Positions 35,110-47,200 of a stretch of 64,000 nucleotides of DNA are shown piece after piece (the stretch's first letter is position 1; the number at the start of each line of letters is the position of its first letter). The notes below the pieces were generated by a model. The model did not search any database, had not been told where the DNA came from, and saw only the letters and a list, made by a program, of their open reading frames with translations. Position numbers and translations under genes: made by a program. The DNA lies in the NCBI GenBank assembly GCA_964035575.1, contig OZ037847.1:434001-498000 (forward strand), written 5' to 3'. This DNA comes from Rhynchopus sp. YZ270_cl-10. Its lineage: Eukaryota.

Positions 35110-35700
35110 GATAATAACTATTTATTCGAGTGAAATAAGAACTATTTTATTTCACGCGCCACTAAAAAGGTGCCCGAGTGCGTTATTTCCCGAGCGAAGC
35201 GAGGGGAATAAGAGTGAGAGAGTCACGAGGGTGCCTTTTTAGTGGCAAGTGCAAGAAAATGTTCTTATTTCACTCAATATGTAATTTTATTCCACAAGTG
35301 AAAAACGTATTTATAGGTGTAAACAGTGGAACGTTGAGCCCACGCTCCACCCCTCACACCACCACACTTCAAATTACAGATTATTTATTGCCTCTTACAC
35401 ACATGCCTAAACCCACGCGCAAGTTTGCGGAGATGGAGGATGCATATGACAACTTGTTCGACGACATGAACAGTGGTGTGCAGTACAGGAAAACATGGGA
35501 CGATTTCCTCCGTTTCAACAGACTTTCAGGAGCGAACGAGCCCAGGGAAGAACACGTCGTGTCCTTCAGATCACTCCGTGATCTTTTATTTCACTCCCCC
35601 ACCCAATCCTTCACGATTTGCGTGAAATAAAACGTGAAATAAAACGAATCTTATTTCACTCACTTTTTCACCTGTTTACGTTTTTCACGCGTGGTATAAA
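35110..35700 (+). mobile_element. Crypton-like derivative, second family, with YR N-terminal fragment at about 35403-35567
   Basis: Same ATAACTATTTATTC start and GAGCGAAGCGAG motif as copies 1-3. MPKPTRKFAEMEDAYDNLF...QYRKTWDDFLRF...EPREEHVVSF aligns by eye with the copy 1/3 remnant. Confidence 0.65.
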
Positions 35701-38282
35701 ATTACGTATCGAAAACTAAAGTGAACATTATTTAACTGATGGGTGATTCACAAACTGGAATACGTGATACCCACTCGCTATCGCTCGTGACATCACTTTT
35801 ATGATTACACTCACTTCACTCATGAAATCAAAATGCTGAACTCCACTCGCTTCGTGAAGTTGAGCCCCAGTTTGAGTCACCCACCACCTCGTGAAATAAT
35901 GTTCACTTTATTTCATGAGATAATAATTATCTAACTCAGTGAAATAAAACTCGTGTAATTTTGCAGATTATATGCCCTTTGTGTCACTCAATTGTAACCG
36001 AGAATGTAAGGCAGTGAGTATTTGATCTGCCCTTTATGTCGCGAAATACTATGTTTGGTGTTTTGACGTCTTCCAAGCAGATGGATATTCCCTCACTTGC
36101 ACGCAATCTACCGAGGAACCGACTGCCTTTCTCAAAAGCCAGTACATGTCGGGGTGTCGAGGTCCGTGTCAATACAAAGCGGACCAAGTCGCTCGAGGTT
36201 TGAAAACCGCAAGAACTCGTCCCATTTCTTCTTGTACACCTCCTTGCTTCTCATACCCGCTGAGACTTGGTATCCGTAAGTGTCATACATCCTGTCCTTC
36301 TTCGTTTTGGCAGTGTTTGAGGGGAGTGATGAAAAAGTTCTTTTTTTTACTGAGTGATTTTTTTAACCAAAAGAAAACCGACGCAGGAGCTTTTCTGGAA
36401 CTGTTTTATTCTCCCCACCCCAACAACATCACATTTCAGAAAAACATTGTTTTTTCGTTTTTGTTCACTTTCTTTTCTTCTCCCTCACACCTGTTTGCTG
36501 TGAATTAAATTTTTTCGTTTCGGCCTGGTCGCAAACGCGAGTTTTCCTGGAAGCGCAGGAAAAATGACTGGGGAGTGTTGGTGGCTCCGTGACGCCACAG
36601 AGCCGGCACACTCGTTGAGTGCCTCACAAAACCTCAAATTTATTCCGCTTTGATTTCATTTATTGTCTTCACGCTTTATCGTTGTTGTTGGGTTGGGAAA
36701 TAATATTTCATTCTCCCATACATTCTCGGTTACAATTGAGTGACAAAGGGCACATTATCACCCACCTTTGTGGGAATTCACAAAATTACACGAGTTTTAT
36801 CCCCTTTTTTTACCACATTAACCTCACCTTTCCCGATAACTGCGTTTCTACACCATACATTTCATTCATTAATCACACTCCACATTTACACTCATCACAG
36901 GATCGTGAAATCTGAACTGCATCTGCGATTGTGATGAGAAGCCTCGCCGCGTCTCCGACATTCAGCAACTCAAAATCCAAAGAGTATCACCCGCATCAAT
37001 CCATTCTGAGTTTGCGGACTAAGATCTGGGGTGGAAGGGGGATGGGTACACTTTGTCAGTCACTGCTATTGCCATTTAACCCAGGGAGCATAGCTAGTGC
37101 AAGAAATTCGACTTTGGAAACCTTCCGGAAAGTCTGTCCTCTGCTTGCGGAGGACGAGGCACAAGAAAATATTGCGTTCCCCCAGAAAACCAGTGCACAT
37201 TTCACACTCCTTGTGGGTGGTCTTGTTGCCTTTTTGTCACAGTAATTTTGGCCCAGGCATGCTCTTGAAGCATGACAATTTAGTGTGTATGGGGCAGGGT
37301 GTTGTTTTGTTCTGAATTCTCTTTGTTATAACATCTAAGTCAATCGCGGGTGGTGGTTTGTGTAGCGTGAGGCACTCTTTTTAACAAACTTCCTGCGGCT
37401 GCTAAAGCGTTATTTCTTCGGATTTAACAACGTACAGCGTAACATAGTGGATTCGCCTGGTCGACACAACCTTTGATAGATATGGGATAACCAACCCCCT
37501 TCGACCCCTCGTGGGTTCACTAAACAAGCCCTCGTGGTAGTTAAACGCGATTGACATTTACATTCCTAGAGATGAAAGAACAAGACAACACTTCTGTACC
37601 CGCGCATCAAAATTGTGGAAAACTTTGCACCCCAAACACCCTCAACAACGCCCGCCAAAAGGCGCCCCTTGTTGCTGGGAGTTGGTTCTCATGTTTGATA
37701 CCTGCACAGCGGGCATTCCTCTGAGTCCAACGCATGTTTGGCCTGTCTGCGGCGTTGTACTTCAGGTGCACGAAGACAGGGTCTGGTGGTAAATTTTGCG
37801 TAGTGTCGCATTCCCTCATGTGTGGGTCACTCACACTTGGCGGTCATGTGCCACTGCGTGGGTCTGGGAATTTGGGTACCTGGGTACAGGAAATTTGTTG
37901 TGGAAGACATCAACCACCATGCATTGAGGAGGGTAAGACAGTGTTCGCAGTTTCTACCTGATAGCATTACAACATTTAACTTCTCCACGGGGGTCTTGGG
38001 CCGTTCACTCGGTTCTACCTTGACTACCGGAAGATATTCTTGAGGCCTTTCTGGTCTCTAGAATATCCGGTCTTCCCGAACGGAGGCACACTTTGTGTGT
38101 TACTACGACCTGGCAATTTCCAGCAGTAGGTTAAGTAATCTTTCTTGTAAATTGTTGGATCATTATCTCCTCAGTGCATGAATGCCCCACGTGACTGGAC
38201 ACTTTTGTGTTTGTCATGTGGAGCTGTGGTTGCTCTTTCACGACTTTTTTCCTGTTCCTGGGTACCTGTTCCTGGACCTGGA

Positions 38283-38409
38283 CCTGGGTACCTGGGTACC
38301 TGGGTACCTGGGTACCTGGGTACCTGGGTACCTGGGTACCTGGGTACCTGGGTACCTGGGTACCTGGGTACCTGGGCACCTGGGTACCTGGGCACCTGGG
38401 CACCTGGGT
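38283..38409. repeat. (CCTGGGTA)n tandem repeat, about 16 copies
   Basis: Read directly from the sequence; it is the source of the spurious PGTQVPRY ORFs. Confidence 0.95.
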
Positions 38410-38612
38410 GTGCCTGTCGGACCCCAGGGTCCGGCAGTCGGACTCAGGGGTCCGACTGTGAGTCCGACAGTCGGACTCAGGGGGTCCGACTGTCGGACCC
38501 CCTCGGACTCCGACAAAAGGGTCCGACATTTCCAGGACAGACTGCACCGTGTGAGCTCTAGGTAGGTTGTTCCCGATTGTCTCTCGTTTTTTTTTTTTTT
38601 TTGCGTTGAGAT

Positions 38613-39251
38613 CAGGGTAGTAGCTTGAAAGGTGCACTTTTCAAATGTTGCTGGTTTGCTGGTTTAGAAAAATTTTTTCCCCGGTTGAAAGCGGTCGTCG
38701 CGCGCTTCGCGCGCGCCTCCCTGCCAACCACTAAGTGGAGAGGCAAAGGGTAAATTTTGCGAGACAACAAAGAAAATGGAATATAATCCTGTGTTTACGG
38801 CGCTTGGTCTTGCACCTTCCACTAACCGTACGAAGTCAATACGTCTTCCAGAAGCAGGGGCCGTTGCAACGGTGGGTCATTTTGAAGAAATGGTCAACTT
38901 TTTGCATCTTTGGTCAAGTTGCATTTGCGGCTGCAAAATGCAAGGGGATTCCCGAAGACATTGTAAACTCTACTTTTTGCGGAGCAAAAAATTAATATAA
39001 AGTGGCGCCGCAGGCGAAAAAAAAATTGGCATAGTGCAAAACATGCAGCTTTTTACACCACAGAGTCACTTAATGAACCCTTTTTAGGGGTTCGCTTACG
39101 TGTGAGGCTTTCTTCTGTGAGTGGGAAAGTGGTGCGGGGGAGGCGAAAAACTGAATCCCGAATCCCACTTTTTTTTTTTATTTTTCCCCAAACCAGTAAA
39201 CCAGCTCGTTCTGGTTTTGAAACCAGCAAAAGTACCCAAGCTATTTCCCTG
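38613..39251. mobile_element. Non-autonomous hAT element (MITE)
   Basis: Imperfect TIRs CAGGGTAGTAGCTTG and CAAGCTATTTCCCTG; perfect 8-bp TSD GTTGAGAT at 38605-38612 and 39252-39259. Confidence 0.9.
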
Positions 39252-40490
39252 GTTGAGATCTGCATCAGGTTGTTTTTTTTTTGATTTTGTGGTGTTTTTT
39301 TGTTCGGTTTTTGACCAGACACAGGGTGGCGGGGCACCTTGAGTTATCTGACACCACGAAAGGAGCTCCGGGGGGGCAGTTCTGTGAATAGAACGGAACT
39401 CCTTTTCATGTATCCATGGAAAACAGGATTATATGTGATGCTGGGTAAATTTTGAAAAGGTGACGTTGAATAAAAAGAAAAAGAAAAACAACAACAGACG
39501 CGCTGTGTAAAAAAAACGAGTCTTTCTCTGCGCGCAATATTTTGTGAGGGGAGAACAAAAATATTATGAGAAAAAGCTCGTTGCATTCCGACTACGTTCC
39601 CACTCCATTCCTTTTTCCCTTAAAAAACCCCCCCGACTGCTGCCCCAAAGGCACCTGTCCTTATTGGCCAGATGCCTTGCTTGTTTGATTTGCTTATTTC
39701 TCTTCCTTTCTCCCCCCCTCCTTTTTTTCCTTAAACGTTTTGCTTTATTGTAATTTATGGTTAATTTTAGCACGGCTCGTCGGACGAATTTGTCAGGGGG
39801 GTTTGAAAGTTTGTTTGTTTTGTTTTGTTTTTGTCTTTGTTTTTGCTACTCTGGTTGTATTGTATTTCATTGTAGTACTTTGTAAGTTAAGAGGTAGGTG
39901 CGCTTCTTTGTTGAGATTGCGACTAATTCCTGTTGAAGCCTCACTACAAAAAAAGAAAAATGTTTAAAAAGGAATCTTTTTCAAAAGAAAAAAAATATTT
40001 TGATGTCGTTAGCAAAACGGGTAAAAAAGAAAAGGTCTGGTTTTGGCGGTCTGCTCCTTGACCAGGGTAACAGCCCTTTGACCGCGCTCATCAGAAGGAG
40101 CAAGGGCTAAAAGAAAGAAAAGAACACTTTCTGTGAGTGCACAACACGAATTTGTCAGGGGGGAGAGAGAGAGGGGTGATTTCAGATAATAGCTGGGTTT
40201 CTTTAGTTTGAAAAGCAAAAGATGTGTTTTGCAATACAGGGCGGGTTACGGAAGAGAAAGGTGGAAAAAGCAAACAATACTAAGAAACTATTACACCATT
40301 GCCCCCTGTGATAAAAGTAACCACAGCAGTGGTCGGTTTAGGGCAGTGGGACACCCTGGCGAGCCACTAGCTTAAAAGTTTGGTTGCTATTCACCTACCC
40401 TACCCCTGCCCTCTTTCGTTTGAGTTCCGCAACACAAAAGTGTGGGTGAGTGTGTTTATAATCACACTCACCCGCGCTATCCCGAAAGCC

Positions 40491-43400
40491 TCACTCGTCA
40501 TGTGGGCCTGTGTTCTTCTTTGCATCTGCCTTCTTCTTCCATTCTTGGTATGCCGCACGCTGCTTCTTTGCGTGTTCATCGTATTCTTCACGATCCTTTT
40601 CGCTCACCTTCGCCCACTTCTTCAGACACCTCCCCAACTGCGCTTTCGAGCTGGCTGCGTTCATGGTTTTCTGCGTCTTCTTCATCCAAGCTGCGAACGA
40701 AGAGTAATCCTTTAGCTCTTCTAGAACTTCTGGGAACTTCCTCAGGATCAAACCAAGCACGAGGGTGTCAAGGAGAACCGGCTGCAGTGGCTCCGAGTCT
40801 CCTCCAAATCCCATGAAACCGCCATCCTGCTCCACACCTAACAGCTGGAGTCTGTGCACGACTGCTGCCTTTGCATCTTGCTTCGTCATCCCTGCTTCCA
40901 ATATTGCTTCCGAATCGAAGGACTCTAAAGCGTTCTTAACGGTTCCTTGGTATGTACCTTCCTTTGCCTCGTACAGCATAGCACGGAGGCCATCCGGGTG
41001 TTTCAATACTCCTTTGGGGCCAACGGATTTTTTGGTGGGCAGCATGCCTGTAGCTACGACGGTTCTTGCAAAATAAGACCCCAAACAGTCGCCCATAGTG
41101 TCGCGGGTGGTGGGGTTGGAGCACAAGGAGATGAAGGTTTTGATAGCATTCTCCTGCTTGACACCGTGCTCCAACAGGGCGAAGCAGCCGAGCATCCCGA
41201 GGTGAAGCCAGCCAAATATGTAGCCGACTCCAGCAGCGCCCCATTGCAGGCCGTTTGAGTCATCGTCCTCTTCGTCCTCTTCGTCGTCCTCCATGTTGTA
41301 CTTCGGTGTGCACAGGTCTCTGTACTCCTCAAAGTTGGGTTTCCTTTTCTTCGCGATGTCAATGTAGTAGCGGACGTCAAACAAAAAGGCGCACAGCTCC
41401 GGGTTGTGAGCAGCTCCTGAGCTCTTGAGGGCAGAGTGCTCCAGGGTCATCTCAAACTCCGACATGTCGAAGTCGATGTCAACTCCACGTTGTTGAGTTT
41501 TTTCATCGGTATCAAGCTTCCTCTTCGCTGCACGCTTTGGCGGCGGTGGCATTTTCTTTTCTTTCGTATTGTGAGCAATGATGTTGCGGATGTGAGCAGC
41601 CAGTATGCACCCTTCTTGGATGCTCTGCTTGTCTCCCTTCTCCAGCTTCTTGAGGGCCTTGGGGGCGCTTAGAAGGAGTGCGTTGTCGATTGCGGTCACC
41701 TTGCTTTCGCATCCACATTCTACGTATTGCGCTCTGGCTTGGTCTAATTCCCCGGTTGCTTCGTAGCACAGCCCCTCGATGAAAGTAAGCTCGTGGCAGA
41801 TCTCGCCACCAACGTCCTCCCTGGCGGTGTTGCATTCCGCAAGTGCATCTCTGTGACGGTACTCCTCGAGCATTTTCCGCACCTTCTTCAAGATTCCTGT
41901 CATCTTCTTGCTCACCTCCCCGTCCTCGTTGTAATCCAGATTGAACCTCGTGAGTCGGCTGTCTTCATTCGTGCTCGCCAGTCCTCCCATCATTTTCGAT
42001 GCCATGTTCGCTTCGTGGGACTTCGCGGTTTTTTTGCATTTTTTCACCTCCTTGATTTTGTTGTTCACTTTTGCGTCTGGGTTTGCGATCTTTTGAAGTG
42101 TGAGCAGAGCGTTTTCGAAGTCTTTTTGGGAGAGAAGTGCGGAGCCAAGCCTGAATAGAGCCTTTTCGTTTGCGGGCTCATAAGCGAGGACGTTCTTCGA
42201 ATGCTTTATGCAGTCGACACTGTGCAAGGCGTTCCCCTCCGCCTCGTCTCTCTTCAAACACATCAACGCGATGTTGTTGTTCAGACCCACCCACAGCATG
42301 TTTGCCTGCGCTTGCTGCAGCTGCATCCCTTCTTCAACATCGTCCACGTCGTCCACGTCGTACATCGCTGTGTCATCTCCATGCTGCCTTCCATTAGCGA
42401 GGGTGTGGCAGTGGCGAAGGAGTCCAGCAGCTTTCTTGTACTCCTCCATTGCCCCTTTGAGGTCGCCGTTTTGGAACAGCTGCGTCCCTTTTGCTTTCTG
42501 TTGTGTAGCTGTGTCGATGAGGGTGCTGGTGGGGGCACCAGGGTCGGGACCATCTTCAGAATCTTCGCCGTCTGTGGTGTCCATGTCGTCACTCTCTTCG
42601 TCTTCGTATTCGTCTTCTTCGTCTTCCTCGGCTTCGAGCTGCTGGTGTGCTATCGAATGGATGGAGGCCATTGAAGATTCCTTCGTGATTTTCACATTAG
42701 CCAGCCTGTCAGCACAACTTCTTTTCAACATCCTCGCCACCGATTTGCTGTCGGTTTCCAGTGTGAATGTACTGCCGTCTTGCGTCGGTGTGACTTCAAC
42801 TCCTTTCAAACCGAAGCATCCCTCGATCTTCAACACCCTCAGTCTCTTTGCACGTTTCACCTTCAGCTGTGTAACGGCATCCAATCTGTTCACGATCAAA
42901 GTGTCCAAGGCAGAGCTGGACAAGACGACGCCCGTCTTCCAGATATAGACTTTGTAGAGCGTGACGTACGATAGCTTTTTGCACGCCTTCAGCATGGGGC
43001 CAATGGAGGGCACGTCGTTAGAATCGATGTGTGCAAGGTTGAGGTACTTCAAATTGGGTGGCGGCGGGAAGAACGAGTAGGCGTCTTTCTCTTTCAACTC
43101 CCCCCTCAGCGTCAACGACTGTAAGTTCGGAGTGTGGTCTTTGTCGAGAAACAGCTTCGTGAACGTCACGTCGTCCGCCTCGAACACCTCAAGCATCGGG
43201 AGGTCAAATTCAAACGCGACCTTAAGAGAGTAAGCCACATCCTTCAGAATCAACTGCCGTAACCCCTGAAGCATGGGGGCGGTGATAACCTTTGTAACCG
43301 AGACCTGGATGAGCTTGCAGGGATCCCTCCGCATGACCTTTCTCAGGTCATTTTCCTCAGGGGCTTCAAGCGTGTGTGGCCCTTCGTAGCAATACTCGGG

Positions 43401-43628
43401 GCCCTCTGTTTCATAAACTTCTTCCTCCGTATCAGATCGGGTGATCTTTTCAATGTAGCTCACCCCGCACGCAGAGCACTCCTGATGAGCGTCCTTCCCA
43501 GGAATGCCCTGTAGCCTATGCATCTGCTGCTGCCCGACGCCGAAGACCCTCTGATGCTTGACCCTGCACTTCCCATTTGGGTTGTAAGGCTCCAGACACC
43601 TTGCACAGCGTTGTGAGTCGTCCAACAT
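40491..43628 (-). CDS. Zn-finger / LRR / acidic / TPR / HMG-box-like multidomain protein, paralog 1
   Basis: 1045-aa intronless ORF: N-terminal CARC...C..H...CSAC...C...H, LRR-like PNLQSLTL and PNLKYLNL, TPR (KAKGTQLFQNGD...KALFRLGSA), and a C-terminal HMG-like YSSFAAWMK...KWAKVSEKDREEY. Confidence 0.9.
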   Translation of the reverse strand: MLDDSQRCARCLEPYNPNGKCRVKHQRVFGVGQQQMHRLQGIPGKDAHQECSACGVSYIEKITRSDTEEEVYETEGPEYCYEGPHTLEAPEENDLRKVMRRDPCKLIQVSVTKVITAPMLQGLRQLILKDVAYSLKVAFEFDLPMLEVFEADDVTFTKLFLDKDHTPNLQSLTLRGELKEKDAYSFFPPPPNLKYLNLAHIDSNDVPSIGPMLKACKKLSYVTLYKVYIWKTGVVLSSSALDTLIVNRLDAVTQLKVKRAKRLRVLKIEGCFGLKGVEVTPTQDGSTFTLETDSKSVARMLKRSCADRLANVKITKESSMASIHSIAHQQLEAEEDEEDEYEDEESDDMDTTDGEDSEDGPDPGAPTSTLIDTATQQKAKGTQLFQNGDLKGAMEEYKKAAGLLRHCHTLANGRQHGDDTAMYDVDDVDDVEEGMQLQQAQANMLWVGLNNNIALMCLKRDEAEGNALHSVDCIKHSKNVLAYEPANEKALFRLGSALLSQKDFENALLTLQKIANPDAKVNNKIKEVKKCKKTAKSHEANMASKMMGGLASTNEDSRLTRFNLDYNEDGEVSKKMTGILKKVRKMLEEYRHRDALAECNTAREDVGGEICHELTFIEGLCYEATGELDQARAQYVECGCESKVTAIDNALLLSAPKALKKLEKGDKQSIQEGCILAAHIRNIIAHNTKEKKMPPPPKRAAKRKLDTDEKTQQRGVDIDFDMSEFEMTLEHSALKSSGAAHNPELCAFLFDVRYYIDIAKKRKPNFEEYRDLCTPKYNMEDDEEDEEDDDSNGLQWGAAGVGYIFGWLHLGMLGCFALLEHGVKQENAIKTFISLCSNPTTRDTMGDCLGSYFARTVVATGMLPTKKSVGPKGVLKHPDGLRAMLYEAKEGTYQGTVKNALESFDSEAILEAGMTKQDAKAAVVHRLQLLGVEQDGGFMGFGGDSEPLQPVLLDTLVLGLILRKFPEVLEELKDYSSFAAWMKKTQKTMNAASSKAQLGRCLKKWAKVSEKDREEYDEHAKKQRAAYQEWKKKADAKKNTGPHDE

Positions 43629-44202
43629 TTTTTTGTTTGAACGGGGTGCACAAAAAAAAAGAGCAGCAAAATGAGTTTGATCTGCAAAGTTGTGTTAAAG
43701 GGGGGAGAGGCGGAGGGAAGAAAGCTTGGGAAAGACAACAAAAGCGAACCTCATAACAATTCCATTCGGTGAACCGCACAACAAAAGCCCCTTGGGAGTG
43801 GGGTGGGTCATACGGCTGTCCCTCTACTTCGTACTCAACGTCTTTTTCGTACTTTTCTAATAGGGGTGTACTTTCCCAACACTGGAGGAGGGGGGCGGAG
43901 AAGAGGGGGAGAGAGATTTGACAAAATAGTTGGGTTTCTTTAGTTAGTAAAGCAAAAGATGTGTTGCATTACAGGGCGGGTTAAAGGGAAGGGTGGAAAA
44001 ATCAAACAATGCTTAGAAACTCTTACACCATTACCCCCTATGATAAAAGTAACCACGTCAGTGGTCGGTTTAGGGTTTAGTAGACACCCTGGCGGGCTAC
44101 CAGCTCAAAAGTTTAGTTGCTATCACCTACCCTACCCCTGCCCCCCTCTTTCTTTCGAGTTCCGCAACACTAATCACACTCACCCGCGCTACCCCGTAAG
44201 CC

Positions 44203-47200
44203 TCACTCGTCATGTGGGCTTGTATTCTTTTTTTCATCTGCTTTCCTCTTGATTTCGAGGTCTGCCGCAAGCTGCTTCTTTTTGTGTTCATCATATTCGT
44301 CACGATCCTCTTCGCTCACGTCCGCCCAGTCATCCAGACACTTTCCCAACTCGTCTTCCGAGCTGGCTGCGTTCACGGTGTTCTGCGTCTTCTTCATCCA
44401 AGCTGCGAAAGAAGAGTAGTTCTTTAGCTCTTCTAGAACTTCTGGGAAGTTCTTCAGGATCAAACGAAGCACGAGGACGTCAAAGAGAACGGGGTACACT
44501 GGCGCCGAGTGGCCATATACATTCTCCTGCGGCACACCTAACAGTTGGAGTCGATGTACGACTGCTGCCTTTGCATCTTGCTTCGTCATGCCTGCTTCTA
44601 ATGTTGCTTCCGAATCGATCCTCGCTAAAGCCCTCTCAATGAGTCCTCGGTTTTCCCCTACCCTTGCCTCGTACAGCATGGAACGGAGGCCATCCGGGTG
44701 TTTCACTACTCCATTGGGGCCAACGGGTTTTGCAGTGCTGCAACCGGGCATCTGGCCTGAAGTGAGAATGCTTCTTGCAAAAAAAGACCCCAAACAGTCG
44801 CTCATAGTTTCGCGGGTGATCGGGTTGGAGCAAAAGGAGAGGAACGTTTTGACAGACCTCTCCTGCATGGTACCGTACTCCAACAGGGCGAGGCAGCCCA
44901 GCATCCCGAAGTGAAGCCAGCCAAATATGTAGCCGACTCCGCATTGGCCAAATCGCATGCCACATGGGTCGTCTTCTTCGTCTTCTTTGTCGCTGTCTTC
45001 GTCATACTTCGGTTTGCAGAGGTCTGGATATTTTTTGAACATATCGAATCCTTTCCCCCTGTGTTTCGCGAGGTCAGTGTAGTAGCGGACGTCAAACAAA
45101 AAGGCACGTAGCTCCGGGTTGTGAGCAGCTTCTGCGCACCCAACGGAAGCGCGATCCTGGATCATCTCAAACTCCATCATGTCGAATTTGATGTCCACCC
45201 CACGTCGTGGGGATTTCTCTTCATCGGTACCAAGCTTCTTTGAACGCTTTGGCCGCGGTGGCATTTTCTTTTCTTTCGTTTTGTGTGCAATGATGTTGCG
45301 GATGTGAGCGACCAGTATGCAGCCATCTTTGACGCGCCCTCCCTCCTCCAGCTTCTTGAGGGCCTTGGGGGCGCTTAGAAGGAGCGCGTTGTCGATTGCG
45401 GTCACCTTGCTTTCGCATCCACATTCTACGTATTGCGCTCTGGCTTGGTCTAATTCCCCGGTTGCTTCGTAGCACAGCCCCTCGATGAAAGTAAGCTCGT
45501 GGCAGATCTCGCCATCAACGTCCTGCCTGGCGGTGTTGCATTCCGCAAGTGCATCTCTGTGACGGTACTCCTCGAGCATTTTCCGCACCTTCTTCAAGAT
45601 TCCTGTCATCTTCTTGCTCACCTCCCCGTCCTCGTTGTAATCCAGATTAAACCTCGTGACCCGGCTGTCCTCATTCGTGCTCGCCAGTCCTCCCATCATT
45701 TTCGATGCCATGCTCGCTTCACGGGACTTCGCGTTTTTAATAATTTTTTTCACCTCCTTGATTTTGTTGTTCACTTTTGCATCTGGGTTTGCGATCTTTT
45801 GAAGTGTGAGCAGAGCGTTCTCGAAGTCTTTTTGGGAGAGAAGTGCGGAGCCAAGCCTGAATAGAGCCTTTTCGTTTGCGGGCTCATAAGCGAGGACGTT
45901 CTTCGAATGCTTTATGCAGTCGACACTGTGCAAGGCGTTCCCCTCCGCCTCGTCTCTCTTCAAACACATCAACGCGATGTTGTTGTTCAGACCCACCCAC
46001 AGCATGTTTGCCTGCGCTTGCTGCATCCCTTCGTCAGCATCGTCCACATCGTCATCTTCGGGCTGCCTTCCGTTTACGAGGGTGTGACAGTGGCGAAGGA
46101 GTCCAGCAGCTTTCTTGTACTCCTCCATTGCCCCTTTGAGGTCGCCGTTTTGGAACAGCTGTGTCCCTTTTGCTTTCTGTTGTGTAGCTGTGTCGATGAG
46201 GGTGCTGGTGGGGGCACCAGGGTCGGGACCATCTTCAGAATCTTCGTCGCTTGTGATGTCGTCACTCTCGTCTTCGTCTTCGTCGTCTTCGTCTTCGTTT
46301 CCGTCTGACGTTTCAAAGTCATGTTTTATATCCGAGTACATGGAGGTCACAGGAGATTCCGTGATTTTCACATTAGCCAGCCTGTCAGCACAACTACTTT
46401 TCACCATTCTCGCCACCCTGTCGCTGTCGGTTTCCAGTGTGAATGTACTGCCGTCTTGCGTCGGTGTGATTTCAACTCTCTTCAAATTGAAGAAGCATCC
46501 CTCGATCTTCAACACCCTCAGTTTCCTTGCACGCTTCACCTTCAGCTGTGTAACGGCATCCAATCTGTTCACGATCAAAGTGTCCAAGGCAGAGCTGGAC
46601 AAGGTGATGCCCTTCTTCCCGTTGACCCAGACTTTGTAGAGTGCGACGTACGATAGCTTTTTGCACGCCTTCAGCATGGGGCCAATGGAGGGCACTTCTT
46701 CAGAATCGATGTGTGCAAGGTTGAGGTACTTCAAATTGGGTGGCGGCGGGAAGAACGAGTAGGTGGCGTTTTCCTCTTTCAACATCGCCCTCAGCGTCAA
46801 CGACTGTAAGTTCGGAGTGTGGTCTTTGTCGAGAAACAGCTTCGTGAACGTCACGTCGTCCGCCTCGAACACCTCAAGCATCGGGAGGTCAAATTCAAAC
46901 GCGACCTTAAGACAACAGGGCACATCGTTCAGAATCAACTGCCGTAACCCCTGAAGCATGGGGGCGGTGACAACCTTTACGGCCGCGACGTGGATGAGTT
47001 TGCAGGGATCCCTCCGCATGACCTTTCTCAGGTCATTTTCCTCAGGGGCTTCAAGCGTGTGTGGCCCTTCGTAGCAATACTCGGGGCCCTCTGTTTCATA
47101 CACTACGTCGTGGGTATCAGATGGGGAGATCTTTTCAGTGTAGCTCTCCCCGCACGCAGAGCACTCCTGATAAGCTTCCTTCCCAACAATACCCTGAAAA

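Larger units (their letters stand above)
33811..38551. mobile_element. Non-autonomous CACGG-terminus element (CMC/Chapaev-like) with nested insertions
   Basis: TIRs CACGGTGCGGTCTGTC and GACAGACTGCACCGTG; flanks TGTG and TGAG; arrays of palindromic GTCCGACAGTCGGAC at about 33864-33964 and 38416-38528. Confidence 0.8.

Noticed and set aside
36931..38100. Degenerate coding-like sequence inside the TE nest
   Set aside because: It has no recognisable motif or continuous frame and could not be assigned by eye.
38131..38637. ORFs with PGTQVPRY / YLGTWVPG repeats
   Set aside because: They are translation artefacts of a stop-free 8-bp tandem repeat.
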